A stretch of DNA of 64,000 nt from an uncultured bacterium (lineage in GTDB: Bacteria; Zixibacteria; MSB-5A5; CAIYYT01), in the NCBI GenBank assembly GCA_963698225.1, contig CAVOPW010000003.1:24482-88481 (forward strand), given 5' to 3'. The position numbers were made by a program, and so were the translations under genes. Within the stretch, counting starts at the first letter, position 1. The number at the start of each line of letters is the position of its first letter. The notes under the pieces are model-generated. The model was not told the DNA's origin. It worked only from the letters and a program-made list of their open reading frames with translations, and made no database searches. Of this stretch, positions 28,959 through 40,364 are shown in pieces.

Positions 28959-29699
28959 GTGAGGGAGAGTAACATGACAAACGAACCTAATGCCGCAGTA
29001 GTGGCAACTGAAACAAATTCCATGTCTCCATGGTCTATGTTAGTGAGCATCTTCTACGAGCCGACAAAGGTCTTTCGCGCAATCAAGGAGAAGCCGACTT
29101 GGATCGTACCGCTTATTGTGTTTTTAGTGGTGATGACAGGGGCGACATACTTCATGATGCCGGCCGCGCAGAAGTCGCAGCTGCAGCGGATCGAGCAATC
29201 GGATGTCTACACGGCGGAGCAGAAAGCCGAGATCAGAACGCAGATGGAGGCGAGCCAGGGATTCGCAATGATCGGCGTCATTTCGTCACCAATCGTCTGG
29301 ACGATTTTCCTGTTTATAGCCGTCGGCGTTTTGATGCTAATGGGGAACGTCATCTTTGGCGGAAAGGCGCGATTCGCGCAAGTTTTCGCCATGGTTATCC
29401 TGTCTTTTATGACGTGGGTGATTTCCGGCATCGTAAAAACGCCACTGATCGTGGCCAAGGATTCGGTCGACGTGCGCACATCGCTGGCGATTCTGCTACC
29501 GGGCGAGACAAACTCGGGGCCGTTGTACACGCTCCTCAATACTTTTACCGACGTCTTCGTAATTTGGCAGATAGTTCTGCTCATCATCGGAGTGAAGGTG
29601 ATTTACGATTTTGCCATGCAGAAGGCCACTCTGACCGTAGTAATTCCGACCATCGTATTGGCGGCGATTACGGCAGGCGTGAGTGCGCTGGTTCCATAA
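28959..29699 (+). CDS. Yip1-family integral membrane protein
   Basis: Five predicted TM helices. The N-terminus WSMLVSIFYEPTKVFRAIKEKPTWIVPLIVFLVV matches the Yip1/DUF1282 family. The real start may be MTNEP at 28974. Confidence 0.65.
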   Translation: MRESNMTNEPNAAVVATETNSMSPWSMLVSIFYEPTKVFRAIKEKPTWIVPLIVFLVVMTGATYFMMPAAQKSQLQRIEQSDVYTAEQKAEIRTQMEASQGFAMIGVISSPIVWTIFLFIAVGVLMLMGNVIFGGKARFAQVFAMVILSFMTWVISGIVKTPLIVAKDSVDVRTSLAILLPGETNSGPLYTLLNTFTDVFVIWQIVLLIIGVKVIYDFAMQKATLTVVIPTIVLAAITAGVSALVP

Positions 29700-29734
29700 G
29701 ACGAAATATTTGATCTACTGATAAGGAGATATCA

Positions 29735-31088
29735 ATGGGACGAAATGGGAGAATTGCAGTTGTTCTTCTATTGTTCATAGGAGCAAGTGTTCTCGGTTAC
29801 CCGGCGAGCGCACTGGCACAGACCGAGCGGCTTTCGTTAGAGCAGTGCATCAACATTGCATTAGAAAAGAATCTAGGAATTGTTGCAAAGAAAGCCGCGG
29901 CCGATCGTTCGAGCTTGGACCATCTTGATGCGTGGGGCGCCGCACTGCCGAGCTTGAGTACCAGCGCAAGCTACGGTTTTTCGAAGTCATATGGAGCAAA
30001 ATTCATCCAGACCCCTGATACCGCTTATATCGGAGAAGACGAGGGTACGAAGCGCTACAGCACCGGGGTCGGTCTCTCGATGACCTTGTTTGACGGCGGC
30101 TATACCTGGTTTCGCATCAAGCAAGCCAATCAGCTCAAGACGGCGGCAGAAAACGATCTTCTAGACGCAGTGAATAACACGGCATATCAGGTCAAGATTG
30201 CTTATTATTCGCTGCTTGCGTGAAGTCATGCTGAAGAGGGTTCAGCAGGACGCTTTGGCGCGCTCAAAGAAGCAACTTGAAGTTACAAGCAGCCGTTATG
30301 ACCTTGGTTCAGCATCGCTTTCCGAGAAACTCAAGGCGCAGGTTACGGTCGCAAATGATTCACTGCAGTTGCTGCAACGCGAGAATAGCATTCGTGCAGC
30401 TGAATTCAGCCTTAATATACTGATGAAACGCGATGTCGCACTGCGTCTCGATCCTTCGGACAGTATGCGAGTAGAGACGATCTCCCAGGGACTGGAGGAA
30501 TTGCTGCTAAAGAGCACCGAACTTAATCCGGCCCTTAAACGCAGCCAGGCAGACATGGAGGCAGCCCACACGGGCGTCTGGATGTCAAAACGCTCATGGC
30601 TGCCGCGGGTTTCGGCGGGCATCAACTGGGGATGGAGTCCAGCCGAACGGAGTGATTGGTTCAGCTACAAGACAGAAGATCGATCGTATTCTTTTAGTAT
30701 CGGAATCAGCTACGATCTGTTTGACAGGTTCACGAAGAAGACCGACTATTCTCGCGCCAAACTCAGCGAGATGACTGCGCGTGAGTCGTTTCAGAACGAT
30801 TTGAACACTCTCAATTCTGAAGTGCGACAGGCCTATCTGGATTATGACAAATCACGCATGCAGCTTGAAGTGGCCCAGTTGGGCGCACGTTCGGCGGAAG
30901 AGGACATGAAATTACAGCAGGAGCGCTACCGGCTTGGAGCGTCTTCAATTCTTGAATTGCTTGATGCCCAGGTTTCGCTGACACAATCGCAATCCAACCT
31001 CGTTCAGGCCTATTTCGACTTGAACAAGGCAATTGCCGATATGGCCAAAGCGACGGGGGGAGATAACGGAATTCACGGTCGTAAGTAG
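29735..31088 (+). CDS. TolC-family outer-membrane efflux protein, with a frameshift at about 30218 (track ORFs 29735..30223 and 30198..31088)
   Basis: Signal peptide. LSLEQCINIALEKNLGI...AYYSLLA| then the next frame EVMLKRVQQDALARSKKQLEVTSSRYDLGSAS..., matching the TolC repeat consensus. Second repeat ...LLDAQVSLTQSQSNLVQAYFDLNKA. Confidence 0.75.
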
Positions 31089-31114
31089 TTGCGACAGGGA
31101 ATTCGGAGTGGATT

Positions 31115-32413
31115 ATGACAAAGAAAAAACGCACAGTTCTGATTGTCTCAGGCGCCGTGGTGCTGCTGGCAATCTTTGTAATCGCCAATCTTGGCAAGAG
31201 TTCAGGCATCGTTAACGTGGTGCAAACGGACAAGACCCAAAAGGGCTCGATAGTATCGGAAGTTACTGCGACCGGTTCGGTTGTGGCGCGAACGACCGTT
31301 AAGATATCAGCCGATGTGTCGGCCAAAATCACCGACTTGCCAATTAAGGACGGCGATATTGTCAAGAAAGGCGACGTGCTTATTCGCCTGGATCAGACTC
31401 GCTATCGTGCAGCCGTTGGTCAGGCAGAGGCCTCGCTGGCTGCCGCCCGTGCCGCCGAAAAGCGCGCCGAAGCGAGCTTGCTTGAAGCCGAGCAAGCGCA
31501 TCGGCGTAACAAGGAGATGTATGAGGGGAAGCTGATATCGGAGGAAACTTATACTCAAATAGAGACCAATTATCAGGTTGCCCGGGCCAATTTAGAGTCG
31601 GCCCAATACTTCACCAAGCAGCAGAATGCCGTCTTGGAAGAGGTCAAGGACAATTTGGACAAGACCATCATAACCTCACCGATTGACGGCACGGTAGTCA
31701 GTTTGAATGCCGAAGTTGGCGAGATCGTCATGATCGGCACGATGAACAATGCCGGAACAGTAATTCTCACTGTCGCAGACCTGAATACGATCGAAGTGGA
31801 AGTTGAAGTCGATGAGACCGACGTTGCTCGTGTCCGAATTGACCAGGAGGCACGCATATCGGTTGACGCCTTTCCCGACACCACATTCAAAGGGAGAGTC
31901 GTAGAGGTCGGCAACGCAGCACGTTCGTCCGGGTCGACCACAGATCGCGTGACCAATTTCCTGGTCAAGATACTGTTGACCGAAGAGGTTCCTGGGATCA
32001 AGCCGGGGATGACCGCGACGGCGGATATCACGACTGCGAAAGTAAGCGACATCTTGTATGTACCGATACAGGCTGTGGTAATGCGTCCGGAAAAGGTCGA
32101 CACGCTCGAAAAGGCGCCCGCAAAGGAACCGGAATCGGGTGTTATTGCCGCACAAGTGAATACAGCATCAGGCAGTGCTCCCGGCGGCAAGAACGAGCCG
32201 AAGGAGATAGAGGGCGTTTTCAAGGTAGTCGACGGCACGGCCAAGTTTGTACCGGTGAAAACTGGAATTTCTGATCAGCAGAATGTCGAAATCAAAGAAG
32301 GTTTGGTGTTGGATGATCAGATCATTTCCGGCAGCTACAAGGTGCTGCGCTCGCTGGAGGATGGCGGCAAGGTCAAGATCGAATCAACTCCGAAGGAAGG
32401 TGAGAAGAAGTGA
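31115..32413 (+). CDS. Efflux transporter periplasmic adaptor subunit (MacA/HlyD family)
   Basis: N-terminal TM, biotinyl-lipoyl-like [32 protein letters not shown], a coiled-coil hairpin and a beta-barrel domain ([14 protein letters not shown]). Confidence 0.85.
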   Translation: MTKKKRTVLIVSGAVVLLAIFVIANLGKSSGIVNVVQTDKTQKGSIVSEVTATGSVVARTTVKISADVSAKITDLPIKDGDIVKKGDVLIRLDQTRYRAAVGQAEASLAAARAAEKRAEASLLEAEQAHRRNKEMYEGKLISEETYTQIETNYQVARANLESAQYFTKQQNAVLEEVKDNLDKTIITSPIDGTVVSLNAEVGEIVMIGTMNNAGTVILTVADLNTIEVEVEVDETDVARVRIDQEARISVDAFPDTTFKGRVVEVGNAARSSGSTTDRVTNFLVKILLTEEVPGIKPGMTATADITTAKVSDILYVPIQAVVMRPEKVDTLEKAPAKEPESGVIAAQVNTASGSAPGGKNEPKEIEGVFKVVDGTAKFVPVKTGISDQQNVEIKEGLVLDDQIISGSYKVLRSLEDGGKVKIESTPKEGEKK

Positions 32414-33114
32414 GCCACCTGATCGAAACCGAAAATCTTTGGAAGACCTACAAGATGGGCGGCGAAGAGCTGCACGCGCTCAAGGGCGTTAACCTGACGG
32501 TTGCCAAGGGGGAGTATCTCGCCATTATGGGACCTTCAGGCTCCGGCAAGTCGACTTTAATGAACCTGATTGGCTGTCTCGACACTCCCTCACAAGGATC
32601 TTACATTCTCAACGGGCGGCAAGTGGCTAAAATGAACGATGACGAACTCGCGCATATTCGCAACCGCGAGATTGGATTCGTGTTTCAGACTTTTAATCTC
32701 CTGCCGCGCGCTACCGCACTGCACAATGTCGAACTACCTCTGATATATAACGGTACGGATTCCAAGACGCGCATTGAGAGGGCGAAGCACGCGCTGGAAC
32801 TGGTGGACTTGAGCGATCGCATGGGTCACAAACCCAATGAACTCTCCGGCGGACAGCGCCAGCGTGTCGCCGTCGCGCGCGCTTTGGTGAATAGTCCTTC
32901 AATCATCCTTGCGGACGAGCCCACGGGCAATCTTGATTCCAAGACGGGCGAGGAAATCATGGGGCTGTTTGCACGCCTCCACATTGAAGGTAACACCATC
33001 ATCGTCGTTACTCATGAAACGGAGATTGCGCTCCATGCCAACCGCGTCATTTACATCCGCGACGGGAACATTGAAAGAGAAGTTATTACTTCCAGCGATA
33101 CAGTGACTCTATGA
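32410..33114 (+). CDS. ABC transporter ATP-binding protein (MacB/LolD type)
   Basis: Walker [11 protein letters not shown]-loop, signature [15 protein letters not shown], Walker [13 protein letters not shown]. Confidence 0.9.
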   Translation: MSHLIETENLWKTYKMGGEELHALKGVNLTVAKGEYLAIMGPSGSGKSTLMNLIGCLDTPSQGSYILNGRQVAKMNDDELAHIRNREIGFVFQTFNLLPRATALHNVELPLIYNGTDSKTRIERAKHALELVDLSDRMGHKPNELSGGQRQRVAVARALVNSPSIILADEPTGNLDSKTGEEIMGLFARLHIEGNTIIVVTHETEIALHANRVIYIRDGNIEREVITSSDTVTL

Positions 33115-34325
33115 TTCTTGAGACCCTCAAATTGGCGTCGTCCGCCCTGTGGGTCAACAAACTGCGCACGGGATTGACATTGTTGGGCTTGATGATCGGT
33201 ATCGCATCGGTCATCGGCATTATCTCCCTTCTGGAAGGGATGATGACGCGCATCAACCAGTTGTTTGAAGAGCAGGGCACGACCACAATTTTCGTCACGC
33301 GTTTCGGCATCATCACGTCTGAAGACGAGTTCCTGCGCGCGATCAAGAGAAAAAAGCTGACCATTGCCGATGCCAAGGCAATCGAAAGGGGTTGCCCGCT
33401 GGCGGAGGAAGTCGGTCTGGAAGTCAGCGATAACCTTCCGGTCAAGGCGGGCAGCGAGGCGCTGTTCAACGTTCAAATCTTCGGAAACACCGCCAATTCA
33501 ATCCTGATGCGCGACTTGGAAGTGGTCGAAGGCCGATTCATTTCCGAGTCGGACGATGAGCATCGTGCCAACGTCGCGATTATTGGGCAGGAAGTCCGCA
33601 AGCAGTTGTTCCCCATCGGAAACCCGATCGGAAAGGAGATAACAATTCAAGGCGTTCGCTTCACCGTTATCGGGGTGGGCGAGGAGAAGGGGTCGGTCTT
33701 CGGGGAAAACATGGACCGTTATTGCCGGATTCCAGCCAATACGATGCTCAAGATGACGGGGCGGCGGCAGGATATTGACATCACGATCAAAGTGCGGTCG
33801 GAGGCGGTCATCGATGCGGCCATGGATGAAATTCGCACGGTCCTTCGGGCGCGGCGCGGAGTCAAGTATCACGATCCTGATGATTTTGCCCTGTTGACTG
33901 CGGAGATGATGATGAAGTTTTTTGATTCGTTTAGCAGTAATGCACGGTTGATCGCATTTGCGATCCCGATGATCTCCATAGTCGTCGCCGGCATTGTCGT
34001 GATGAACATCATGATGGTCTCGGTTACCGAGCGGACGCGTGAAATTGGAATTCGCAAAGCAATCGGCGCACGACAGCGAAATATTCTTGTGCAGTTCTTG
34101 CTGGAAGCTTCCTTGATGTCGTTGATAGGCGGAATAATCGGCACGGCGCTGGGACTTTGGCTGTCGTACTTGATCGCAGATAAACTGGGCATCATGTTCG
34201 TCATTTCGTCCACGGCCGTCAGTATTGGATTGCTCATTCCGGTCGCGATCGGGCTATTTTTTGGCATCTACCCGGCGTGGAAAGCGGCTAATCTGGATCC
34301 GATCGAAGCATTGAGGTTTGAGTAG
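33111..34325 (+). CDS. ABC transporter permease (MacB-like, FtsX domain)
   Basis: N-terminal [20 protein letters not shown], a periplasmic MacB_PCD-like domain and a C-terminal FtsX with ...[16 protein letters not shown].... Confidence 0.85.
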   Translation: MILETLKLASSALWVNKLRTGLTLLGLMIGIASVIGIISLLEGMMTRINQLFEEQGTTTIFVTRFGIITSEDEFLRAIKRKKLTIADAKAIERGCPLAEEVGLEVSDNLPVKAGSEALFNVQIFGNTANSILMRDLEVVEGRFISESDDEHRANVAIIGQEVRKQLFPIGNPIGKEITIQGVRFTVIGVGEEKGSVFGENMDRYCRIPANTMLKMTGRRQDIDITIKVRSEAVIDAAMDEIRTVLRARRGVKYHDPDDFALLTAEMMMKFFDSFSSNARLIAFAIPMISIVVAGIVVMNIMMVSVTERTREIGIRKAIGARQRNILVQFLLEASLMSLIGGIIGTALGLWLSYLIADKLGIMFVISSTAVSIGLLIPVAIGLFFGIYPAWKAANLDPIEALRFE

Positions 34326-35567
34326 TGAACATCTTTGAGACCAAGGAAGGAATTCTCCTAGCACTCGATTCAATCAGGGCAAACAAATTTCGCTCTTTCC
34401 TGACGATTCTCGGCGTGATGATTGGCGTCAGTTCGGTCATTGCCATGGTAGCCTTGATCGAGGGGTTGAACTCGGCGGTCGCAAATGATATCGAGGCTAT
34501 GGGCAGTAATGTCATATACATTATGCAATTCCCGCCGGAAATGAATCGCAACGAATTGACCGAGGAGGATCGCAAGCGCAAGCCAATTACCATGGTGGAG
34601 GTGGAGGCGGTGCGGGAAAACTGTCCATCCGTCGACGGCGTCAGTCCGCAGAATTATTATTTCCGTCCCGGCGGCAATCTGGTGAAATATAAGAACAAGT
34701 CGTCGGACCGCACGGCCGTGTTCGGAACCAGTGCCGATTTTGAAGTCGTCAACAATCGATTCGTTGAGCGCGGACGTTTTTTCGGCGAATCGGAAGACAA
34801 GAATCGTTCGATGGTTTGTGTTATCGGCAGCGACTCTGGCTGATGCCTTGTTTGAAAATAACGACCCAATCAACAAGAGCATCTTGATGAACAATACGCG
34901 CCTGCGGGTTGTCGGCGTCCTCGAAAAGCAAGACCGGACCTTTGGCGGCGGTCAGAACAACTTGATTGCACTACCGTACGGCACTTTCGCCAAGCTATAT
35001 CCGTGGGAAAAGGAGCTCTTTCTGGCGGTCAAAGCACGGGACGCGGCAATGATTGAGAAGGCCCAGGATGAGATACGGCAGGCATTGCGCCGGGTCAGGG
35101 GCGTGAAGTATAATCAAGAAGACAATTTCGCGATGTTCACGCAGGAGTCGGCGACACAGATGTACGAGGAAGCCACCAATATTATCTGGTTGATCATGAT
35201 CGGTATATCGTCGATTGGCTTGATGGTCGGAGGCATCGGGGTGCTCAATATCATGCTTGTCTCGGTAACGGAAAGAACGCGGGAGATCGGTGTCCGCAAG
35301 GCGATCGGCGCTCGCCGTGCCAATGTGTTCTTCCAGTTCTTGATCGAAGCGATGACGTTATCCGGTTCTGGCGGGGTGATCGGAATCGTCTTTGGTTTGC
35401 TTCTGGCGCTGCTCATATCGGCGGTATCACCATTGCCGATGGTGGTGCCACTAGCCGGTGTCCTGGTCAGTTTCACATTGTCGGTCGGAGTCGGATTAGT
35501 GGCAGGTATTGTACCAGCCTGGCGCGCGGCTTCGGTAGACCCGATCGTCAGCCTGCGCTACGAATGA
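34325..35567 (+). CDS. ABC transporter permease (second MacB-like FtsX protein), with a frameshift at about 34827 (track ORFs 34325..34843 and 34731..35567)
   Basis: ...NRSMVCVIGS| then the next frame TLADALFENNDPINKSILMNNTRLRVVGVL... gives a continuous MacB-type permease. C-terminal [16 protein letters not shown]. Confidence 0.8.
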
Positions 35568-35717
35568 GCCGGCGAATCGCGCCCCGGATTCGATAACTCC
35601 GATCTTCCCGCTTGTCTACCCCGCATGACTGAACAATTGCCGGCGGCTGCGCGTATAAATTGTGCTTGCCGAAGTCTTTTAACGCCATAAGTTGGCACTC
35701 ATCGAGCAGGAGAGCTG

Positions 35718-37027
35718 AATGTTGATCTTATCAAGGCTTGTATTGACTGCAACCGCAGTCTTGTGTCTTTTGGCGCCGAGATCCATATGGGGAAGAAGTC
35801 GAAGACATCAATCTTGTTCGTTCCAAGTTTTTCATCGACCATGCTGTTTTTTCGGATACAGCCGAGAATCGTCTTGAAGTTTATTACAAGATATTCAATG
35901 ACGGTCTGCATTATGTCAAAAAGGGCGACAAGTATGTGGCAAACTATGAAATCAGCATTATTATCAGCGGCGACAAGGATCGGCAGGTTACGGGACGTTC
36001 GGTTGAGCGCAATTATGTTCTCGACAGATATGAACTGACGCGTTCGGATGTCGGTTTCTTGATCAATCAGGTATCATTGCCGCTTCCCGCCGGGGAATTC
36101 GAGATGAAGTGCAAGTTGATTGACCACAATTCCAACGAGGCTTCATCGATTGAGGCAAAGATCAAGAGTCCGGTTTATCATCGGACGGCCGATGTTTCAG
36201 ATATTCAATTTGTTCAAGAAGTCTTGTCGATAGACCCAAGCTCGCCCTTTAACAAAGGCGGTATTGCAGCGGTGCCGAGTGTGGAAAGGTCGTTTGACGG
36301 CGAGCTGCAGAAGATCGGATTTTATTGCGAATTGTATGTCGCAGACTACATCGGCAAGGAAATCAACCTGACTACTACCGTGCGATCGAAGCGATCGGAA
36401 CCGGTGACCGAGAAGACAATTCCGATTATGATCGACTCGGCGCAAATTGCGACGGCGCAATTTCTGGATGTCTCCGGTCTGTTACCAGGAGAATACGCAT
36501 TGGAAGTTGCACTTGAGGCGGGCGGCAAGCAGATTTCGCGTCGCGAGTCAAGATTCATGCTGAAATGGTCAATGGAGTCATTGATAAAGAACGATTTTGA
36601 GTATGCGGTGGAGCAGCTTAAGTACATTATCGACAAGGATGACAAGAAGGCCTTATTGGCGGTTCCGGATTCCGAACGAACCGCCGCATTCGAATCCTGG
36701 TGGAAGACCAAGGACCCGATTCCAACGACCAGTGAAAATGAATTTCGCGAGGAGTATTACCGGCGGATCCGCTATGCGGACCAGTACTATTCGACGATTA
36801 ACCGGGAGGGTTGGCTTACCGACCGGGGTTCGATCTATATTCGCTGGGGGGAACCTGACCAGATTGACCGCTATCCATTTGAGCTGGGCCGGAAGCCCTA
36901 TCAGATCTGGTATTATTACAGCCTCCGGCGGCAGTTTTATTTTGTTGACGACCGCGGTGACGGCGATTTTCAGCTGCAATATCCTTATGATGGAGACTGG
37001 CGCAGCCGCGGAAGTATGGGACCTTAG
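35718..37027 (+). CDS. GWxTD domain-containing protein 1, with a frameshift in a G-run at about 35787 (signal-peptide ORF and track ORF 35936..37027)
   Basis: Signal peptide MLILSRLVLTATAVLCLLAPRSIW, then the shifted frame EEVEDINLVRSKFFIDHAVF...YVANYEISIIISG.... C-terminal GWLTDRGSIYIRWGEPDQIDRYP...YQIWYY is the GWxTD signature. Confidence 0.75.
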
Positions 37028-37054
37028 AAGAAGAGTAAGGGAGATCGTGAGAGC

Positions 37055-38455
37055 ATGAAACGGATATTGTTGGTGGCATGCCTGCTGGCGAGCATTGCAG
37101 GAACGGCGATGGCACAGGCTCTAATTGATCCAATTCGCATTTGGGCGGATGGCTCGTCTTATCTTCATTTTCAGGACCGCACCAAGAGTTATGTCGAGGT
37201 GTATTGCGCTTTTCAACGCGCGGACTTTCAGTTCGAGGACAAGAACGGAGTTTTTGAAGCCATTGGATTTCTCTATGCCGAGGCCTTTGACAAGAATGGC
37301 GCGTTAGCCGATAGCACCTCGCGATTTGTCATCATGTCGGTGCAATTTCTGGAGGATGCCTATAAGAAAGATGTGCGGATTTTCGAAGTCTTGCCACTGC
37401 TTGCTGGCCCCGGGGAAGTACAGCCTGAAAGTGACGGCCGTAGACGCTACGACGAAGCGAAGCGGAATCGCCACTTTCGAGTTGAACGTCAGGGATTACT
37501 CCAGTAATGATCTGGAAATGTCGGACTTGGAGATGGCATACGACATTCAGCCGTTGGATACAACGGCGAGAGGTTCGTCCCTGATAAAGGCTAATCGCAG
37601 GGTATTGCCGAATCCCAATCGCTATTTCTCCAACGACGACTCACTGATTTATTATTACACGGAAGTCTACAACCTTTCCGAGAAAAACGTCCCCAATAAC
37701 GAATTTACGGTTCAGGCGACGCTGCACGATGCCTTCGGCTATGAACTGCGGAAGTATGCTTTGAGAACGCACAAGAAACCCGGCACCACGGCAGTGCTGA
37801 CCGATGCCGTTCCGGTAAAGGGGATTCCGGGCGGAGCGTATGAACTTCGAATTGAAGTCAAGGACCTCGCGACCGGCCTGAAATCGGCAGCAGCCAAGAG
37901 ATTCATGGTGATTTACGGTTTTCAGCAATTGTCGCCGACCATGGCGGACTCTTCCGCGTTTACCGAAACGGACGCGCAGCTGATGGAGCAGGTAATCAAG
38001 TACATCAGCACTTCGGAAGAAAAAGAACATGTACCGGGATCTCGACCTTGAGGGCAAGAAGGCATTCCTGGCGCAGTTCTGGGATCGCAAGAACCCCAAG
38101 CCGGGCAGTCCGGTGAACGAATTCAAGAACGAGATCTTCCGCAGGTTCGCCTACGCGAATCAGTACTATTCAACTACACTGGTTTCAAAGGACGATGGCT
38201 GGAAGACCGATCGCGGCCGCATCTACATCACCTACGGCAATCCGGACAATATTGAAAGACATCCCATATTCGATGGGGCAGAAGCCATTTGAGCGTTGGT
38301 TCTATGACCGTCTTCCGGGTCAGTCCGGTAACGATTATTGCCTGTTTGTCGACCTCGACGGATACGGCAATTACCGATTAGTCCACTCTACGATTAAAGG
38401 CGAAATATCCAATCCGGAGTGGGAAGCGAAAATCGAAAACGATCTGCTGCGCTAA
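37055..38455 (+). CDS. GWxTD domain-containing protein 2, fragmented by three homopolymer frameshifts (about 37414, 38022, 38276; track ORFs 37055.., 37326.., 38029.., 38195..)
   Basis: Signal peptide MKRILLVACLLASIAGTAMA. Pieces join as ...VLPLLAGPGKYSLKVTAVDATT..., ...SEEKNMYRDLDLEGKKAFLAQFWD..., ...[37 protein letters not shown].... Removing one base from GGGG/AAAAA runs restores a single frame. Confidence 0.7.
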
Positions 38456-38458
38456 AGC

Positions 38459-39292
38459 GTGACGCGACCCAAGCGAACATTGCTGACGGCCTTCCTGACT
38501 TTGGCGGCGGCATATCTGGCGATATGCACGGCCGCTTTCTTCCTGCAGCGGAAGATCATCTATCATCCCAATCGCACGGTTTTCGGAACTCCAGCAGAGG
38601 CGGGTTTGCCCTTCGAAGCACATAAGCTGGTCTCTTCAGATAGTGTCAGGTTTTCCGTTTGGCGAATTCCGCAGACTTCAACGCAATCAGTGGTCGTTTG
38701 TTTTCACGGTAATGCGGACAACATTTCTGCGAACATTGATCTTTACCGCACATGGTACAATCTCGGTGCCACGGTCATTGCCTGCGAATATCGCGGCTAC
38801 CTTGATTCTGAGGGAGAGCCTTCGGAAGAGGCGATCGGGCGCGACCTTGCGGTCTTAGCAGACACGATGAAGTCGTGGTATGGAGGCAGTAAAGTCAAGG
38901 TTGTCGCGATGGGACGCTCGCTCGGAGGTGCGGCTGCGGCGAAGTTCGCTACGCTTTACCCGGTTGACGGAATAATCCTGGAGTCGACCTTTAGCCGAAT
39001 GCATGACGTCGCCCATCTGCAGTTCCCTTTCTTACCCATCAAACTTTTGCTGCGTGAGCAATATGATTCAGAGAGCATTGTTCACAAGCTTACGATACCG
39101 TTATTGGTCATACACAGTCCCTCCGACGAGGTTATCCCGTTCCACCTTGGACGCAAACTCTACAATGCAGCAAACGAGCCCAAGGCGTTTGTCGAGATTC
39201 AGGGCGGGCATAACGCTGGAATGGATGTTTCGCGCACCGAGCTTGAGTCGGCCTATCGAGAGTTCCTGACGAAAGTCAGACTTCTCCGTTAG
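38459..39292 (+). CDS. Alpha/beta-fold hydrolase (S9/S33-like, membrane-anchored)
   Basis: N-terminal TM. HGNADN oxyanion region, nucleophile elbow GRSLGG, catalytic Asp (PSDEVIP) and His (GGHN). GTG start 3 nt after the GWxTD-2 stop. Confidence 0.8.
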   Translation: MTRPKRTLLTAFLTLAAAYLAICTAAFFLQRKIIYHPNRTVFGTPAEAGLPFEAHKLVSSDSVRFSVWRIPQTSTQSVVVCFHGNADNISANIDLYRTWYNLGATVIACEYRGYLDSEGEPSEEAIGRDLAVLADTMKSWYGGSKVKVVAMGRSLGGAAAAKFATLYPVDGIILESTFSRMHDVAHLQFPFLPIKLLLREQYDSESIVHKLTIPLLVIHSPSDEVIPFHLGRKLYNAANEPKAFVEIQGGHNAGMDVSRTELESAYREFLTKVRLLR

Positions 39293-39339
39293 TGCCAAGC
39301 GTGCCGACCAACCTGAGATTAGCCATCAAAGAGCGCAAA

Positions 39340-39380
39340 AGAAAGAGCCGCCGGAAGCTTCTCCCGACGGCTTGCGAAAG
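39340..39380. terminator. Possible bidirectional terminator hairpin between convergent hydrolase and DUF1573 genes
   Basis: GAGCCGCCGG-aagcttctc-CCGACGGCTT is an imperfect 10-bp stem. Weak. Confidence 0.3.
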
Positions 39381-39401
39381 ATCTTCGTGTGCGCCGTTTG
39401 A

Positions 39402-40253
39402 CTAGTTTGAACCGCCGGTATTGTCGTTTGCGTTGGTTTTGGGCGCCGCCGGCTTTTGCAGCGGCGGTGCAACTGCGGCAACCTGTGCAGCCAAAACGAC
39501 GGGAATGGAATAGCGAGTCTTTCCTGCGTCACTGCAGGCGAAAGTGAAAGACTTGGTGAAGTCCAGCCCGGTGAAATCGCTGGCTATGGAGAATTTCAAC
39601 TCCTTGGTCTTACCGGGAAGGATCTCTTTGTCATCCATTTCCAGAACGACAAAGCCGTTGGGTCTGGCGAGTACCGAGACGCTTAATGGTGCCTTCGAAA
39701 CATTCTTCACTACAACTGACTGGACCTTTTCTTTGGTGGTCTGGTCCCACTTCACGGAACCGACCGACAAATTCAGCGGTGCCAGTGAATCAGGAAATTC
39801 TTTGGGATAAATGTTGGCACTGAAGGAGAGCTGGAAGTTACCCCGGTTGTTGTCATTGCAGGTCACCGTCGCGGTTTTGGTGACATTACCCCTTTGACCG
39901 GGATTGGCCCTGAAAACGAGTTCGACTTCACCGCTGTCGCCGACCGCAACAACTTCCTTCTTGAGTGGTGCCTTCGTACAGCCGCAGGCTGGTTTGACGC
40001 GCAGGATCTTGAGCGAGTCTTCGCCGCGACTGTGTAGCCAATAGGAGTGGCTGACGCTGGCGTCGTTCGGCATATAGCCGAAATCAAAACTCATTTCGTT
40101 GACAAGAACTCTGGCCTTGTTGGGTGGAAAGGCGCTCAGTTCGGGCGTCTTTGCCTGCGCAAACAGCATGGTAGCGGACAGAAGCGCGACCGCCAAGATG
40201 ACTGTCTTTCTCAAAATATCCTCCAATCGTTTAGTTTGTCCAAGTATTCTCAT
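39402..40253 (-). CDS. Secreted DUF1573/ASH-like (CGC-motif) Ig-fold protein, paralog A
   Basis: Signal peptide MRILGQ...VILAVALLSATMLFAQA. N-terminal domain FDFGYMPNDASVSHSYWLHSRGEDSLKILRVKPACGCTKAPL...TATVTCND, with a second beta-sandwich-like domain. Start taken at Met20 of track ORF 39402..40310. Confidence 0.7.
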   Translation of the reverse strand: MRILGQTKRLEDILRKTVILAVALLSATMLFAQAKTPELSAFPPNKARVLVNEMSFDFGYMPNDASVSHSYWLHSRGEDSLKILRVKPACGCTKAPLKKEVVAVGDSGEVELVFRANPGQRGNVTKTATVTCNDNNRGNFQLSFSANIYPKEFPDSLAPLNLSVGSVKWDQTTKEKVQSVVVKNVSKAPLSVSVLARPNGFVVLEMDDKEILPGKTKELKFSIASDFTGLDFTKSFTFACSDAGKTRYSIPVVLAAQVAAVAPPLQKPAAPKTNANDNTGGSN

Positions 40254-40364
40254 TCTTTGACCACGGACTCGGTAGTGTCCGCTTACAGAGTAAAAAATGT
40301 CTGCAAACAAAAAGCGCCAATCAAATGATCGGCGCTTGATATCTTGCCAGTCCGGCCAGGTCAG

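Noticed and set aside
35763-36038. Track ORF 35763..36038 (91 aa)
   Set aside because: It is in the wrong frame. The GWxTD-1 N-terminal region is encoded in the other two frames (signal peptide frame, then the EEVEDINLV... frame), which join after a G-run correction.
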